Virus record (IMG/VR): IMGVR_UViG_3300021256_000062
Location: 94,918-158,917 of that record
From: a virus
Lineage: Duplodnaviria; Caudoviricetes
Reading direction: 5' to 3' (one strand)
DNA: 64,000 nt
The notes under the pieces were generated by a model. That model was not told the origin of the DNA, searched no databases, and saw only the letters and a program-made list of their open reading frames with translations. This document shows, one piece after another, positions 16,274-26,275 of this stretch. A program made the position numbers and the translations under genes. Every line of letters starts with the position of its first letter. The first letter of the stretch is position 1.

Positions 16274-19200
16274 TTTTTTTTTACGCTAACTGATTCATTA
16301 AATTGAGATATACTATATTTATTATAAATTGATTTACCTCTTCTTAATAGTTTCTTTGCTTCTTCACTATTATCTTTCTTTAAATCAATTAAGACATCCC
16401 ACATTGTAATAAACCAATCATCTATTACTTCTGGGTCATCTAATGTATCTAAATCAATACTATTATTGTAGTAATCATCAACATCTCTCCACCATTTTCT
16501 TATCTTTAAGATATCTGGTTTTGAGAAATTAAATAATTCACTATTTTCATTCAATGATTCATTTGTATTGTCTTTATCTACATATTTTTTAACTTCTTCA
16601 ATACTATTAAAATAGATTGGTTCATATTGATTATTTCTTCCTATTCTAGATAGAGGTCTATTTGAATTAGTTGACCAAATAGTATACTTATCTCTATCTT
16701 CATCATAAACAATTACTGCATTTTTATAAGTTTCTTTATATTCAACTCCCCAATCATTATATACTTGAATATCTCCATCACAATCTTTATAAGTATGTCT
16801 TGATTCATTAACTTTCTTCTTATTGATTGCATTATCAACCTCATTGTATAAATCAGATAGGTCTACAGCTCTAGGGTCATCTTCATCTAACCCTTCAGTT
16901 TCATTAATTATATCAGTAAATATATCTCTCAATTCATCTAATGAATAATTATTTAAATTCTTTCTAATATTATCAATATCTAATGATTCATCTATTGAAC
17001 CATATTTACCTTGTTTAACTAATTTTAAATATCTATCGAATGCTTTTTTAGCATCTTCTTTTGTTGCATATTCTTTTTTTACAACAGTTTTATAAACATC
17101 ATTTGGTCCTTTTTCATATACTCCTACTGAATAATAACCACCTTGATATCCTTTATCCCATCTATATTCTACATTAAATTTTCCAACATTTTCTTGTTTT
17201 AATGTAACTGATGATTCAGTTAAACTTTCTTCAATGATAGGGTCTCCAAGTTCACTTACAAATTTAGTAGTATCTTTACCAAATAAGTCTTCAACTACAT
17301 CTGGAGTAGTTAATGAACCATCTTCAACGCCCTTCTTAATATCTTCTAATTCATCTTCTTTTATTCCTGCAGCTTTTAGGAAATTGTAGAATGGTTCAAA
17401 TGCACCATCTTTCCATCCAGCTTCATCCCAGAATTTAGTTATGAATTCTTTATCACCTAATTTGTAAGTTATCTTATTATGTTTAGGGTCATAGATTGCT
17501 TCTACATTTCCTTTTGTAGATTTATCCTTTGACTCATCTAAATCATCAGTCTTATTTATATCAATAAAGTATCCATCAGCTGGATTACCACCATAGTGAT
17601 TATCATCAATATTTAATTCTTTTGCAATGGCTAACATTTCTTTTCTATTTGCACAAGAAACATATCCTTCATCTTCTAAATAAACACTGTTGTCATATTT
17701 ATCTACAACTTCTTTTACTTTATCAATTGATACGTTATTACTTTCCTTAAGACTTTCCATAAACCATTCACTAGGTATATCTTCAGGTTCTTGAACATCA
17801 TCTGGACTTAATTTATGGAAATTATTTACTCTAACATAATTTCCTTTTTGTAATAAATCCCAAACATATTCAAATGCCTTATCTGGGTCATCAAATGTTT
17901 CTGAATTTGCAAGACCTCTATATTTATCATCATAGTAACCATCAACAGTGAATTTAGTTGGTTGTGAACCTACTACTTGTTCTTTTGCTTTCTTTGACCA
18001 TTTATTAGAATAGTCATCTAAAGTACTTTCTTCTAATTCTTTACCATCAAACTTGTAATTTAATGCACGAATAATATCTCTCTTTTCAAGACCATATCTC
18101 TTCATTAATAATTGAATAGAATAATTATCACCTAATAAAGAATCATTATATCCTTTACTTCTCTTAATATCATCAATTGCATGGTCTAATGTAATATCAT
18201 ACTTATTATCAGTCATTGCTAGTAAATCCTTAACAGGAATTGAAGATTCTTTTAAATTTTCCCAAAGATTACTTTCAGGTGTTACTTCTTCTATATCAAT
18301 TTCAATTTTTGGTGAAAGATTACGTTTTGCATATTCAGAGTTGAGTACTGCCATTGCTTTTTCCCTAGTATCATATACTTTTGCATCAATTAAAGAATCA
18401 TCTTCTCTATTTCTATAAACAACTGCATACTTTACACTATCTTTATAATAATCTTCGAAATCTTCTTTTAAACTTTCATCTAATTTACAATCAGTATAAA
18501 CTTGACAAATATAATTTGCTAAATCTTTTACACTATATTCATCATTTGCACCATAAGTATCTTGGTCTAACTCTAATGTGGTATTATTAGAAAAACCATC
18601 ATTAATTCCATCAATCAATGCTAAATCATTATAATATAGTTGAAATGCTAAATCATAACCTCCTCTAGCAATTTTCCAAGAACCTTGTTTTGCAAATTTT
18701 CCATTAGAATTGTATCTATCTAAAACCTTTTTTAAACTTGCTTTCTCTGGAATATTGTTTTTACTTTCCTTTAAACTTTCATCTAAATTTAATTCTACTT
18801 TAAATAATCCTTTTTTAGTAGTTCTATTTTTACCATAAGCTTTTGCAAGTAATTTCCAAGCATTTTCAGCGTCATCATCATCTACAAATTCAAATGTAGT
18901 TCCTTCAACATCAAATCTAATATTTGCATTATCTAAAATTCTATAGGCATCTTTTAATAATTCATTGTAGTTAACTGATTCTTTTAATTGTGCCTTTGGA
19001 ATCCAAATTTTAGTCATCTTCTTAACTTTATCAGTTCTTTCTTTATTCCATCTATAGTAAGTAACTGAAACTAATAATCCCTTATCAGTTTGTTCCATAA
19101 CAGTTCCTGTTGGTTCTATCTTTGTTGCATAGTTAAAATCGGCTTTTTCATCTCTACTTAACCATCTACCACCTTTTGCTAATTTCTTTAAGAAACTAGT

Positions 19201-20352
19201 TTCATATTTTGATAAATCAATCTTTTGTCCCTTTTCATAATTCTTTGATTCTTCTACAACTTGTGGTAACTCGTTTTTATTAGGTGACTTTCTAATTTTC
19301 TTATTATCAACATAGTCATAATGATATTCTATTGGTTTTACATCAGCACCTTTTAATCTACTTGCAATCATTAAAGTTAAATCTTCAAAATCTTCCCAGA
19401 ACTTATATGTTGCACAAACATCTGACCAATAATCATGTTCACCTTGAGTTGCAAATGGTAACATATCTTCAATATCAATGATTAATTGATTTTGTTCATC
19501 AATTGTATCTTCATTGTCTACATTATCAAAATATTCACCAACTAGTTTAGATAATCTTTTCCACTTATTTAAGAATTCTTTGTATTTATTCTTATCTACA
19601 TAATTCTTTTTTACTGATTCTAAAAATTCAGGTTTTTCAAATGGGTTATCAGTTTGTTGAACTAATAAGTCTAAACTTCTACCATCTTCAGTAGAATATG
19701 CATCTACAACTTCAGTCATTTCATAGTAAGCATCATCATAATCATTGAATCTTTTTGCTTCACTCTTATTAGTTGTAAATGTGTAGTAAGGTTCATCATT
19801 AGTTACATCATCAGCTAGGTACATACCATTCTTAATATTGTCATATAAACCATTATCACTATCAACTATAATGTAATAGTAATTGTATTCATCACTTTCT
19901 AACCATTCTTCAGCTTTCTTTAATTTATCTGGGTCAGATGTAATGAATTTTACTTGTTCTCCATATTCACCTACGTAACCAAGTTTACCATCACTAAACT
20001 TTACAAAATCAGGTGCATCTTTAGCAACTACATAATCTAATGCAGTTAAGTAACTATCAATACTATATTTTACATTACCATCAATATCAGTATATTTGCA
20101 CAATATTTCATCAAGGTCTATATCATTATCTATTAGAATTTGTTCTTCTTTTTCTTGCATATTTTGTTCAGGATAATCAATACCATCATCAGATTGATAT
20201 TCTTCTCCTGAGATAATTATTTCATAGTCAAGTGGTTTATCTACATCTTCACTTATCATACCACCACCCATAATGTTATTGAAAGTATTCATATTTCCTA
20301 ATGGGTCACCAAACATATTTATGCCGTTATACTTTTCTTTCTTATTTTTCAT
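16270..20352 (-). CDS. Large acidic modular protein, putative internal head polyprotein
   Basis: 1360 aa; small modules separated by ~15-20 LKES/LDES/VNES-type linkers; late motif upstream. Confidence 0.75.
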   Translation of the reverse strand: MKNKKEKYNGINMFGDPLGNMNTFNNIMGGGMISEDVDKPLDYEIIISGEEYQSDDGIDYPEQNMQEKEEQILIDNDIDLDEILCKYTDIDGNVKYSIDSYLTALDYVVAKDAPDFVKFSDGKLGYVGEYGEQVKFITSDPDKLKKAEEWLESDEYNYYYIIVDSDNGLYDNIKNGMYLADDVTNDEPYYTFTTNKSEAKRFNDYDDAYYEMTEVVDAYSTEDGRSLDLLVQQTDNPFEKPEFLESVKKNYVDKNKYKEFLNKWKRLSKLVGEYFDNVDNEDTIDEQNQLIIDIEDMLPFATQGEHDYWSDVCATYKFWEDFEDLTLMIASRLKGADVKPIEYHYDYVDNKKIRKSPNKNELPQVVEESKNYEKGQKIDLSKYETSFLKKLAKGGRWLSRDEKADFNYATKIEPTGTVMEQTDKGLLVSVTYYRWNKERTDKVKKMTKIWIPKAQLKESVNYNELLKDAYRILDNANIRFDVEGTTFEFVDDDDAENAWKLLAKAYGKNRTTKKGLFKVELNLDESLKESKNNIPEKASLKKVLDRYNSNGKFAKQGSWKIARGGYDLAFQLYYNDLALIDGINDGFSNNTTLELDQDTYGANDEYSVKDLANYICQVYTDCKLDESLKEDFEDYYKDSVKYAVVYRNREDDSLIDAKVYDTREKAMAVLNSEYAKRNLSPKIEIDIEEVTPESNLWENLKESSIPVKDLLAMTDNKYDITLDHAIDDIKRSKGYNDSLLGDNYSIQLLMKRYGLEKRDIIRALNYKFDGKELEESTLDDYSNKWSKKAKEQVVGSQPTKFTVDGYYDDKYRGLANSETFDDPDKAFEYVWDLLQKGNYVRVNNFHKLSPDDVQEPEDIPSEWFMESLKESNNVSIDKVKEVVDKYDNSVYLEDEGYVSCANRKEMLAIAKELNIDDNHYGGNPADGYFIDINKTDDLDESKDKSTKGNVEAIYDPKHNKITYKLGDKEFITKFWDEAGWKDGAFEPFYNFLKAAGIKEDELEDIKKGVEDGSLTTPDVVEDLFGKDTTKFVSELGDPIIEESLTESSVTLKQENVGKFNVEYRWDKGYQGGYYSVGVYEKGPNDVYKTVVKKEYATKEDAKKAFDRYLKLVKQGKYGSIDESLDIDNIRKNLNNYSLDELRDIFTDIINETEGLDEDDPRAVDLSDLYNEVDNAINKKKVNESRHTYKDCDGDIQVYNDWGVEYKETYKNAVIVYDEDRDKYTIWSTNSNRPLSRIGRNNQYEPIYFNSIEEVKKYVDKDNTNESLNENSELFNFSKPDILKIRKWWRDVDDYYNNSIDLDTLDDPEVIDDWFITMWDVLIDLKKDNSEEAKKLLRRGKSIYNKYSISQFNESVSVKKN

Positions 20353-20636
20353 ATTATTTCTCCTTAATAAATAAAATCTATTAACTATATAATTTAGCTA
20401 TTATATTCTAATAATTTATTATTCTATTTAACTTATATTACTCTTTATTACTATTTATTAATATTATTTTATAGATAGTATAATACTATCTAGTTGAAAA
20501 AGAGATGAAAGTCAAAAAGAAAATAAATAAAAGAAAAAGGAAAGCAGAGAAAAAGAATATTGTAATTTTACAAAATCTTTAGTATTAAGTTTTAACTATT
20601 TAATAAAACTTGCTACTATTTGCAAATTCCTATTAT

Positions 20637-20665
20637 ATTATACAATTTTTTAATTTACTTGTCAA
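20637..20665 (-). promoter_or_regulatory. sigmaA-type promoter (others at 25593-25621, 52825-52853, 55328-55356, 59914-59942)
   Basis: TTGACA-17-TATAAT in each case. Confidence 0.8.
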
Positions 20666-20779
20666 CTCTTTAGATATTTAAATAAAAATATCCCCTATTT
20701 TCAATCTTTATCTAAATGTAGTATAAGTTATCACTTTTTAATAAAAAATGAAAATAAGGGCAAATTTAATATGGTTTAA

Positions 20780-21004
20780 TTAATATTTAACTTCTTTCCA
20801 CCAATAATAACCATTATCTCTAAAGAATCTAAAATGTCTTTTAGTAGAGAATGAATATATCTCAACTGTAAACTCGTTTAATGGTGGTTTAAAATCTTCT
20901 TCAATCTCTTTTATTGCATAATGATTATCATTGTACTTATAAACAAATAAATCTCCAGGATTTAATTCTACAAATAAAAAATCGGATAATTGTAAAGTAT
21001 ACAT
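20780..21004 (-). CDS. Hypothetical protein
   Basis: 74 aa ORF with AAGGAG RBS. Confidence 0.6.
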   Translation of the reverse strand: MYTLQLSDFLFVELNPGDLFVYKYNDNHYAIKEIEEDFKPPLNEFTVEIYSFSTKRHFRFFRDNGYYWWKEVKY

Positions 21005-21039
21005 ACTACTCTCCTTAACTATCCTTTCTTTTATTTTCT

Positions 21040-21315
21040 TTACATTAATTTTATTACTTTTGCATAATCACAAACAAATTCAGTTTCATTTTGTGATATT
21101 ATTTCATTTGGTTCACATAAATATATAACAGGATTACCACCAAATTTACTACAACATTTTTGTGCATAATTATATGCAGATATTGGAGAGATGGTTAACC
21201 ATACAAAATTATCTTTACCTACTCTAAAATCTTCTCTCAATATGTTTGTTTCAGTTGGTGGTAATATTTCTGCTAATTTACCAAATATATCAGATGTTCC
21301 ATGATATAAGTTCAT
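21040..21315 (-). CDS. Small ADP-ribosyltransferase-fold protein (Arr-like)
   Basis: LYHGT ... VWLT.S..SAYNYA ... GNPVIYLCEP. Confidence 0.6.
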   Translation of the reverse strand: MNLYHGTSDIFGKLAEILPPTETNILREDFRVGKDNFVWLTISPISAYNYAQKCCSKFGGNPVIYLCEPNEIISQNETEFVCDYAKVIKLM

Positions 21316-21325
21316 ATTAGATTAC

Positions 21326-21559
21326 CTAGATTGATTCATGAATTGTACGACTAATTACATCATCCTGTTGTTCTTTTGTAAGCTTGATGAAGTTTACAGC
21401 ATAACCAGATACTCTAATAGTTAATTGAGGGTATTTTTCAGGATGAGCTTGTGCATCTAATAATGTTTCACGATTGAAAACATTAACATTTAAATGATAG
21501 CCGCCATCTGATACATATGTATCTAACATTTGAACTAAATTATTAACTCTATTACTCAT
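21326..21559 (-). CDS. grcA: Autonomous glycyl radical cofactor (PFL spare part)
   Basis: [31 protein letters not shown]. Confidence 0.92.
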   Translation of the reverse strand: MSNRVNNLVQMLDTYVSDGGYHLNVNVFNRETLLDAQAHPEKYPQLTIRVSGYAVNFIKLTKEQQDDVISRTIHESI

Positions 21560-21635
21560 TTAAGTTCTCCTTTAAATTATCATTGCTACTATAGATAGAA
21601 CTAAAACTGATGTCAATAACATTAATTTAAAAATA

Positions 21636-22280
21636 CTATGTAAGGTCTTTATCATCATACTTACCTTCTTTCATATTACAAAACATTTTAAAGTATGGTA
21701 AATTCTCAAGTGTTTTACAAAATTGTTGCCATTCTTCTAATCTATGGTTCTTTCTTTGATAATACATTGTCATTAGTTCTTCATAGTTTGTATCCACAGT
21801 TCTCTTTTGTAAGAATGATTCTGGTAATAATTTTTTAGCTCTTCTTAATAATTCATTCTTATTAGGACAATCTTTCTTAATGTACTCTTTTCTAATATTC
21901 TCTATTCTATCAACTGTAAAAGATAAAATTGTTGCATCTTCCTCATTATAAGAGAACATATCTAATGTGATGGGTTTATTACTTAATAACTTGTGCATAG
22001 TTGAACAGCTATTCTTTGTATTGAAATGATATGTATCAAATTCAGACCAAAAATATCTAGGTGCATTTAAATCAAACTGAACGTGAATCATTCTTAAGAA
22101 TTTTCTATGTTCAGGTCCTGACTTAATTAATTTATTAATTAACTTTAAATCATTTGGACCAATATCAATTACACCATTATTTAAATTACTATCACTTAAT
22201 TCCCAACTATCCATTGGGTTTCTCATACCACGAATAGCACCTTTAAATCCCCATACTTCTATTTCATTCATATTATTCAT
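21636..22280 (-). CDS. ThyX-like (flavin-dependent thymidylate synthase-related) phage protein
   Basis: HRKFLR, APRYFWSEFDTY, SCSTMHK, LPESFLQKRT, QRKNHRLEEW. Confidence 0.6.
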   Translation of the reverse strand: MNNMNEIEVWGFKGAIRGMRNPMDSWELSDSNLNNGVIDIGPNDLKLINKLIKSGPEHRKFLRMIHVQFDLNAPRYFWSEFDTYHFNTKNSCSTMHKLLSNKPITLDMFSYNEEDATILSFTVDRIENIRKEYIKKDCPNKNELLRRAKKLLPESFLQKRTVDTNYEELMTMYYQRKNHRLEEWQQFCKTLENLPYFKMFCNMKEGKYDDKDLT

Positions 22281-23368
22281 TAATTATCACCTCTTAATTT
22301 ATTTACTTTATCATTACCCCAATGATTTAATAATGTACAAACACTATTTACTTTTTCAAGTTGAGTAAAACAATATCCTTCTGGAAATTGATTGTATAAA
22401 CAAGTACCACTCACAACTGGTATAAATACTAACTCAGGAGTTAATAACATAGTTAGTAATACTCTCATGAATTCTCCATCTTGTTTAAATTGTAGATAAT
22501 CATTATCAATAAATGGCATTACCTTGTTTCCATAATTATTCTTATTAGAATAACTGTGTTGGATTATTTTAGTTATGTACTCAGGGTCATTTGGATTATC
22601 ATATGAGTTTGCATTCTCGTTAAACATACCACTCATAGTATACTTATCATCTAACTTTTCAACTCTAGTAGCATTGATTCCTAATTTATGTATTACTTGT
22701 TCGGCAATACTGACTTCTAGATTACCTTTATCAACATCTGATTTTCCATCAGGTTTAACACTCTTTAGATAGTAGTATTCAATATCTTTCTCTCTACCTT
22801 TAAATAATCCTGTAAGATATCTAGTATCTAATCCACCTGTTATTGATGGAATGAATAATTTATCATTAATTAAATTTCCAATATACTTTCTATACTTACT
22901 TATAAATAAATTTAACTTTGTATAGAATTCTTTATCATTGAATCCACATTTAAATAAATTATCAATAGGAAATCTTTCTAAAAGTGTGACATTACCTTTG
23001 TTATCAATTGTCACAGTTTCCCAATCATCAATATATGATACATTGTACTTATAATTCTTCATTACTGATGTTTTTATGTGAGCTCTAATATTTTTATCAA
23101 TGTCTTCTAAATTATCGAAAGTATCAGTTAATTTGATATCATGTTCATTTGCAAAATTAACAACACTATCAACATCAAAACTATAACAGAATAAATCATT
23201 TGACTTGACATAATATATACAAGGACAAGCTATAAAATTTGATTTAAATATAATTTCATCATTTATCTTTTTAATAGAATAATCTCTACTAGGACAGTCT
23301 TTTGGTTTTGGACCAATAAACTCACTGAACTCATTAATATTAAAATTTGTAATTACAGGAAATTCCAT
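22280..23368 (-). CDS. Asparagine synthetase-like (PP-loop) protein
   Basis: ITGGLDTR PP-loop-like motif; MPFID. Confidence 0.5.
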   Translation of the reverse strand: MEFPVITNFNINEFSEFIGPKPKDCPSRDYSIKKINDEIIFKSNFIACPCIYYVKSNDLFCYSFDVDSVVNFANEHDIKLTDTFDNLEDIDKNIRAHIKTSVMKNYKYNVSYIDDWETVTIDNKGNVTLLERFPIDNLFKCGFNDKEFYTKLNLFISKYRKYIGNLINDKLFIPSITGGLDTRYLTGLFKGREKDIEYYYLKSVKPDGKSDVDKGNLEVSIAEQVIHKLGINATRVEKLDDKYTMSGMFNENANSYDNPNDPEYITKIIQHSYSNKNNYGNKVMPFIDNDYLQFKQDGEFMRVLLTMLLTPELVFIPVVSGTCLYNQFPEGYCFTQLEKVNSVCTLLNHWGNDKVNKLRGDN

Positions 23369-24924
23369 TAGAATAATCTCCTTTCTTCAGTAGATAATTC
23401 ATAAACATATTTATAACCATCAGCTTCTCTAATTTGATTTGTTACGAAATTTACATTATAAAATAAATTTGAATGTGAATCAATTTTCTCAATAAATGAA
23501 TATCTATTATGTAAGAAATTTACTATAACACTGATTGTTGAATTATGAGTATCATTATTTAATAATTTATATGTTGAATAGAATTCTACAATATTTTCAG
23601 TATATCCAAACATAATTGAATCATTAATATACTTATAATTTCCCATACATAATTCATCACTACCTAAATAGTTTACATTATTTAGATTGTTAGTATTTGA
23701 ACCACTGAAAACATATTCAGTATCTAAAGATGTAAATTTATCAATAAATGAATCAGTTAAATCGTTTACAATTACACTAGGTTGTTTTACTATGAGTGTA
23801 TATTTTTTATTTATTTTCTTAAGTGTTTCATATAATTTATCTTCAGTTGTTTTATAATATAAAACATTATTGTTTTGTAACTGTTTTAATAATAGATGTT
23901 CATCATCTTGTAAAGTTGTTACAATTGCAATATCCTTACTGATATTTATCTCTCTATCTTTTTCATAATCAAACAATTGATATGAAACCTTATTCATCAC
24001 ATCTTGCATAGTTAACATATACAATTCATTTCCATCTCTATTGATGTACTTATCTTTTAATAATGAAAAATTAATTTTAGGTTGATTAACCTCACAATTA
24101 AATTCAAGTGGGATTGGTTCATAGTTATTACTGTTGATTACAGTATGGTAATACCCATCATACATTACATCATTATGATTTAATTCAAAGCTAATATTCT
24201 TTAAATCTTCTTGTGTTACTACATATGCCTTACCATTATTAACTAAAGAGTTTAATTCTAAATTAAGTGATTTTTCTAACTCTACTTTATCTTTTATTGT
24301 ATTTGTAAACTGATATACATTTCCATCAGATAATGGTAATAATAATCCTTGTTCCTTTTTAACTCTTACCATCTCATATAAATTATCAGTTAACAATTTA
24401 TCTCTAATAGCGTGTAATTCGAAATCTGCACTTTGATATTTTGGACAACTTATAAAATATAGTAATTCAAATCCATTTCTAATTTGTATTCTTGGTAGGT
24501 AATAATCACCTAAATGTTCATTAACTACTATGTTATTCAATCCTATACCGTTTATCATATTGGCAGTATATCCATTAATTTCAATTGAATAAAACTTATC
24601 ATGACTATTAACTTTAAAATATTCAATACTAACTATTTTATTGTGATTTGATATGACTGCATAGGTTCTTCTAAAATGACCCATTTTCTCCATTACATCA
24701 ATTAATTCAACATTTACACCATCAATCACTGCAATATAATTATCAGGATAATCAAAAATAGGTTTATCTAGTGGTGTGTGATTCTCATCATATACTAAAT
24801 AATATAAGTCTAGTTTATCTTCAAATTTTTCTTTAGTTTTCTTATTATATACATACTCAATACCTAATCCCTTAAAATCAATTGATAGGTATTTTTCTCT
24901 TTGTGCTCCACTTGTTAATACCAT
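23368..24924 (-). CDS. Hypothetical protein, possible degenerate PLOD-type glycosyltransferase C-terminus
   Basis: YVFSG...YKYINDSIMFGY...IDSHSNLF. Confidence 0.4.
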   Translation of the reverse strand: MVLTSGAQREKYLSIDFKGLGIEYVYNKKTKEKFEDKLDLYYLVYDENHTPLDKPIFDYPDNYIAVIDGVNVELIDVMEKMGHFRRTYAVISNHNKIVSIEYFKVNSHDKFYSIEINGYTANMINGIGLNNIVVNEHLGDYYLPRIQIRNGFELLYFISCPKYQSADFELHAIRDKLLTDNLYEMVRVKKEQGLLLPLSDGNVYQFTNTIKDKVELEKSLNLELNSLVNNGKAYVVTQEDLKNISFELNHNDVMYDGYYHTVINSNNYEPIPLEFNCEVNQPKINFSLLKDKYINRDGNELYMLTMQDVMNKVSYQLFDYEKDREINISKDIAIVTTLQDDEHLLLKQLQNNNVLYYKTTEDKLYETLKKINKKYTLIVKQPSVIVNDLTDSFIDKFTSLDTEYVFSGSNTNNLNNVNYLGSDELCMGNYKYINDSIMFGYTENIVEFYSTYKLLNNDTHNSTISVIVNFLHNRYSFIEKIDSHSNLFYNVNFVTNQIREADGYKYVYELSTEERRLF

Positions 24925-24961
24925 ATTATCATTCCTTTCATTATCTATATATTATACAATA

Positions 24962-25210
24962 TTATCTCCATACATTCTCTAAAATCAATTCACATTTACG
25001 AGATATAGCATAACCAGTTTCTAAAAATCTAGGACCATATCTTTTCTTTAAATCAAACTCAAGATGTAACTCAACTTTAGCAATTGCATTACTTTCACTA
25101 ATTGACCACACATTCATTTCACAAGTATAATCAGGATTACTTTCACCAGGATGATATCCACCTACTTGACCAATTGTTACACTTACCTTATACACATTAC
25201 CTTGTTTCAT
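24962..25210 (-). CDS. Hypothetical protein
   Basis: 82 aa ORF with GGAGG RBS. Confidence 0.6.
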   Translation of the reverse strand: MKQGNVYKVSVTIGQVGGYHPGESNPDYTCEMNVWSISESNAIAKVELHLEFDLKKRYGPRFLETGYAISRKCELILENVWR

Positions 25211-25211
25211 A

Positions 25212-25583
25212 TTAAAATTCCTCCTTTAGTAATCCTTTAAGATATTCAATTCTTTCTTGACATTGACTTATACGACATTTCATATAATTACTTATTTCAG
25301 TACTGATGATATCCTTTTTTAATTCAGACTCATAATATTCAATACCATTATTTAAATCAGTTATCTCTTTATCTACCTTATTTTTAATTGCTTCCTTCAT
25401 TCTATCTCGGTAGAAAAGATAATCTACACTACCAAGTAATTTAATTGCACTGATACAATTTGTTATTGCATACATATTTTCAAAATCAATATTACCTGAT
25501 TCAAAATCAGCTACTGCACCATCTAAATAATTTTCTAAAACTAATACTGCACCATTATACTTATCCATAAAGTACACCTCCAT
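25212..25583 (-). CDS. Hypothetical coiled-coil protein
   Basis: 123 aa ORF after a sigmaA promoter. Confidence 0.6.
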   Translation of the reverse strand: MEVYFMDKYNGAVLVLENYLDGAVADFESGNIDFENMYAITNCISAIKLLGSVDYLFYRDRMKEAIKNKVDKEITDLNNGIEYYESELKKDIISTEISNYMKCRISQCQERIEYLKGLLKEEF

Positions 25584-25639
25584 TCTAATGATATTATATC
25601 ATTATAACTATTAAATGTCAATAAAAAAGACAAGAAGTG

Positions 25640-26275
25640 TTAATTCTTGTCTATATCTTTAAATTTTTCTTTCATTAGGTTAGTTAGTTTGATTTTATTT
25701 TCAGGTGTATTAGCATCTTTATAATCAATGTTTAATTCATCTAAATAATCTATAAAATAAGGACTTCTTCTATTTGAAGGATTATTTTGAATTAGTGTAT
25801 CGTAATCAATATGTTGCACTAAGCAAGGGCGATACCTAACACTTGGTATATTTAAGTTATACATAGCCAAATTTTCTAATGTATCATATTGATTATATGG
25901 CTTACGTATTTTTTCCATTTCTTCTGCTAGTCTCTTACTTATACCTTTTGGATAATAAGTACATTGATTATATACGAAATGTCCAATAGTTGAAAATGAA
26001 GTGAACCACTCATGTGGTAATGTAAAGAAGTTTATTATTTGATTAGGCCATTCGGATATGGCCTTTTCAATATTTACTAAAAAATCCTTACATAATATGA
26101 CATCATCTTCTAATAATATGCTATCATACTTATCTATTTCTTTTAATTGTTTTATAAAAGAATCTACTGGTTTATGCTCTTTATCCACTAGCAATGTATA
26201 ATTGCCTTTTAGTTCTATATCAATAGATTCGTGAAGTTTGCGTTCACCAGTAGTTCTTATGAAAATCTTAATCAT
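25640..26275 (-). CDS. Glycosyltransferase family 25-like protein (paralog of 40247-40894)
   Basis: ILLEDD, YRPCLVQH. Confidence 0.65.
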   Translation of the reverse strand: MIKIFIRTTGERKLHESIDIELKGNYTLLVDKEHKPVDSFIKQLKEIDKYDSILLEDDVILCKDFLVNIEKAISEWPNQIINFFTLPHEWFTSFSTIGHFVYNQCTYYPKGISKRLAEEMEKIRKPYNQYDTLENLAMYNLNIPSVRYRPCLVQHIDYDTLIQNNPSNRRSPYFIDYLDELNIDYKDANTPENKIKLTNLMKEKFKDIDKN

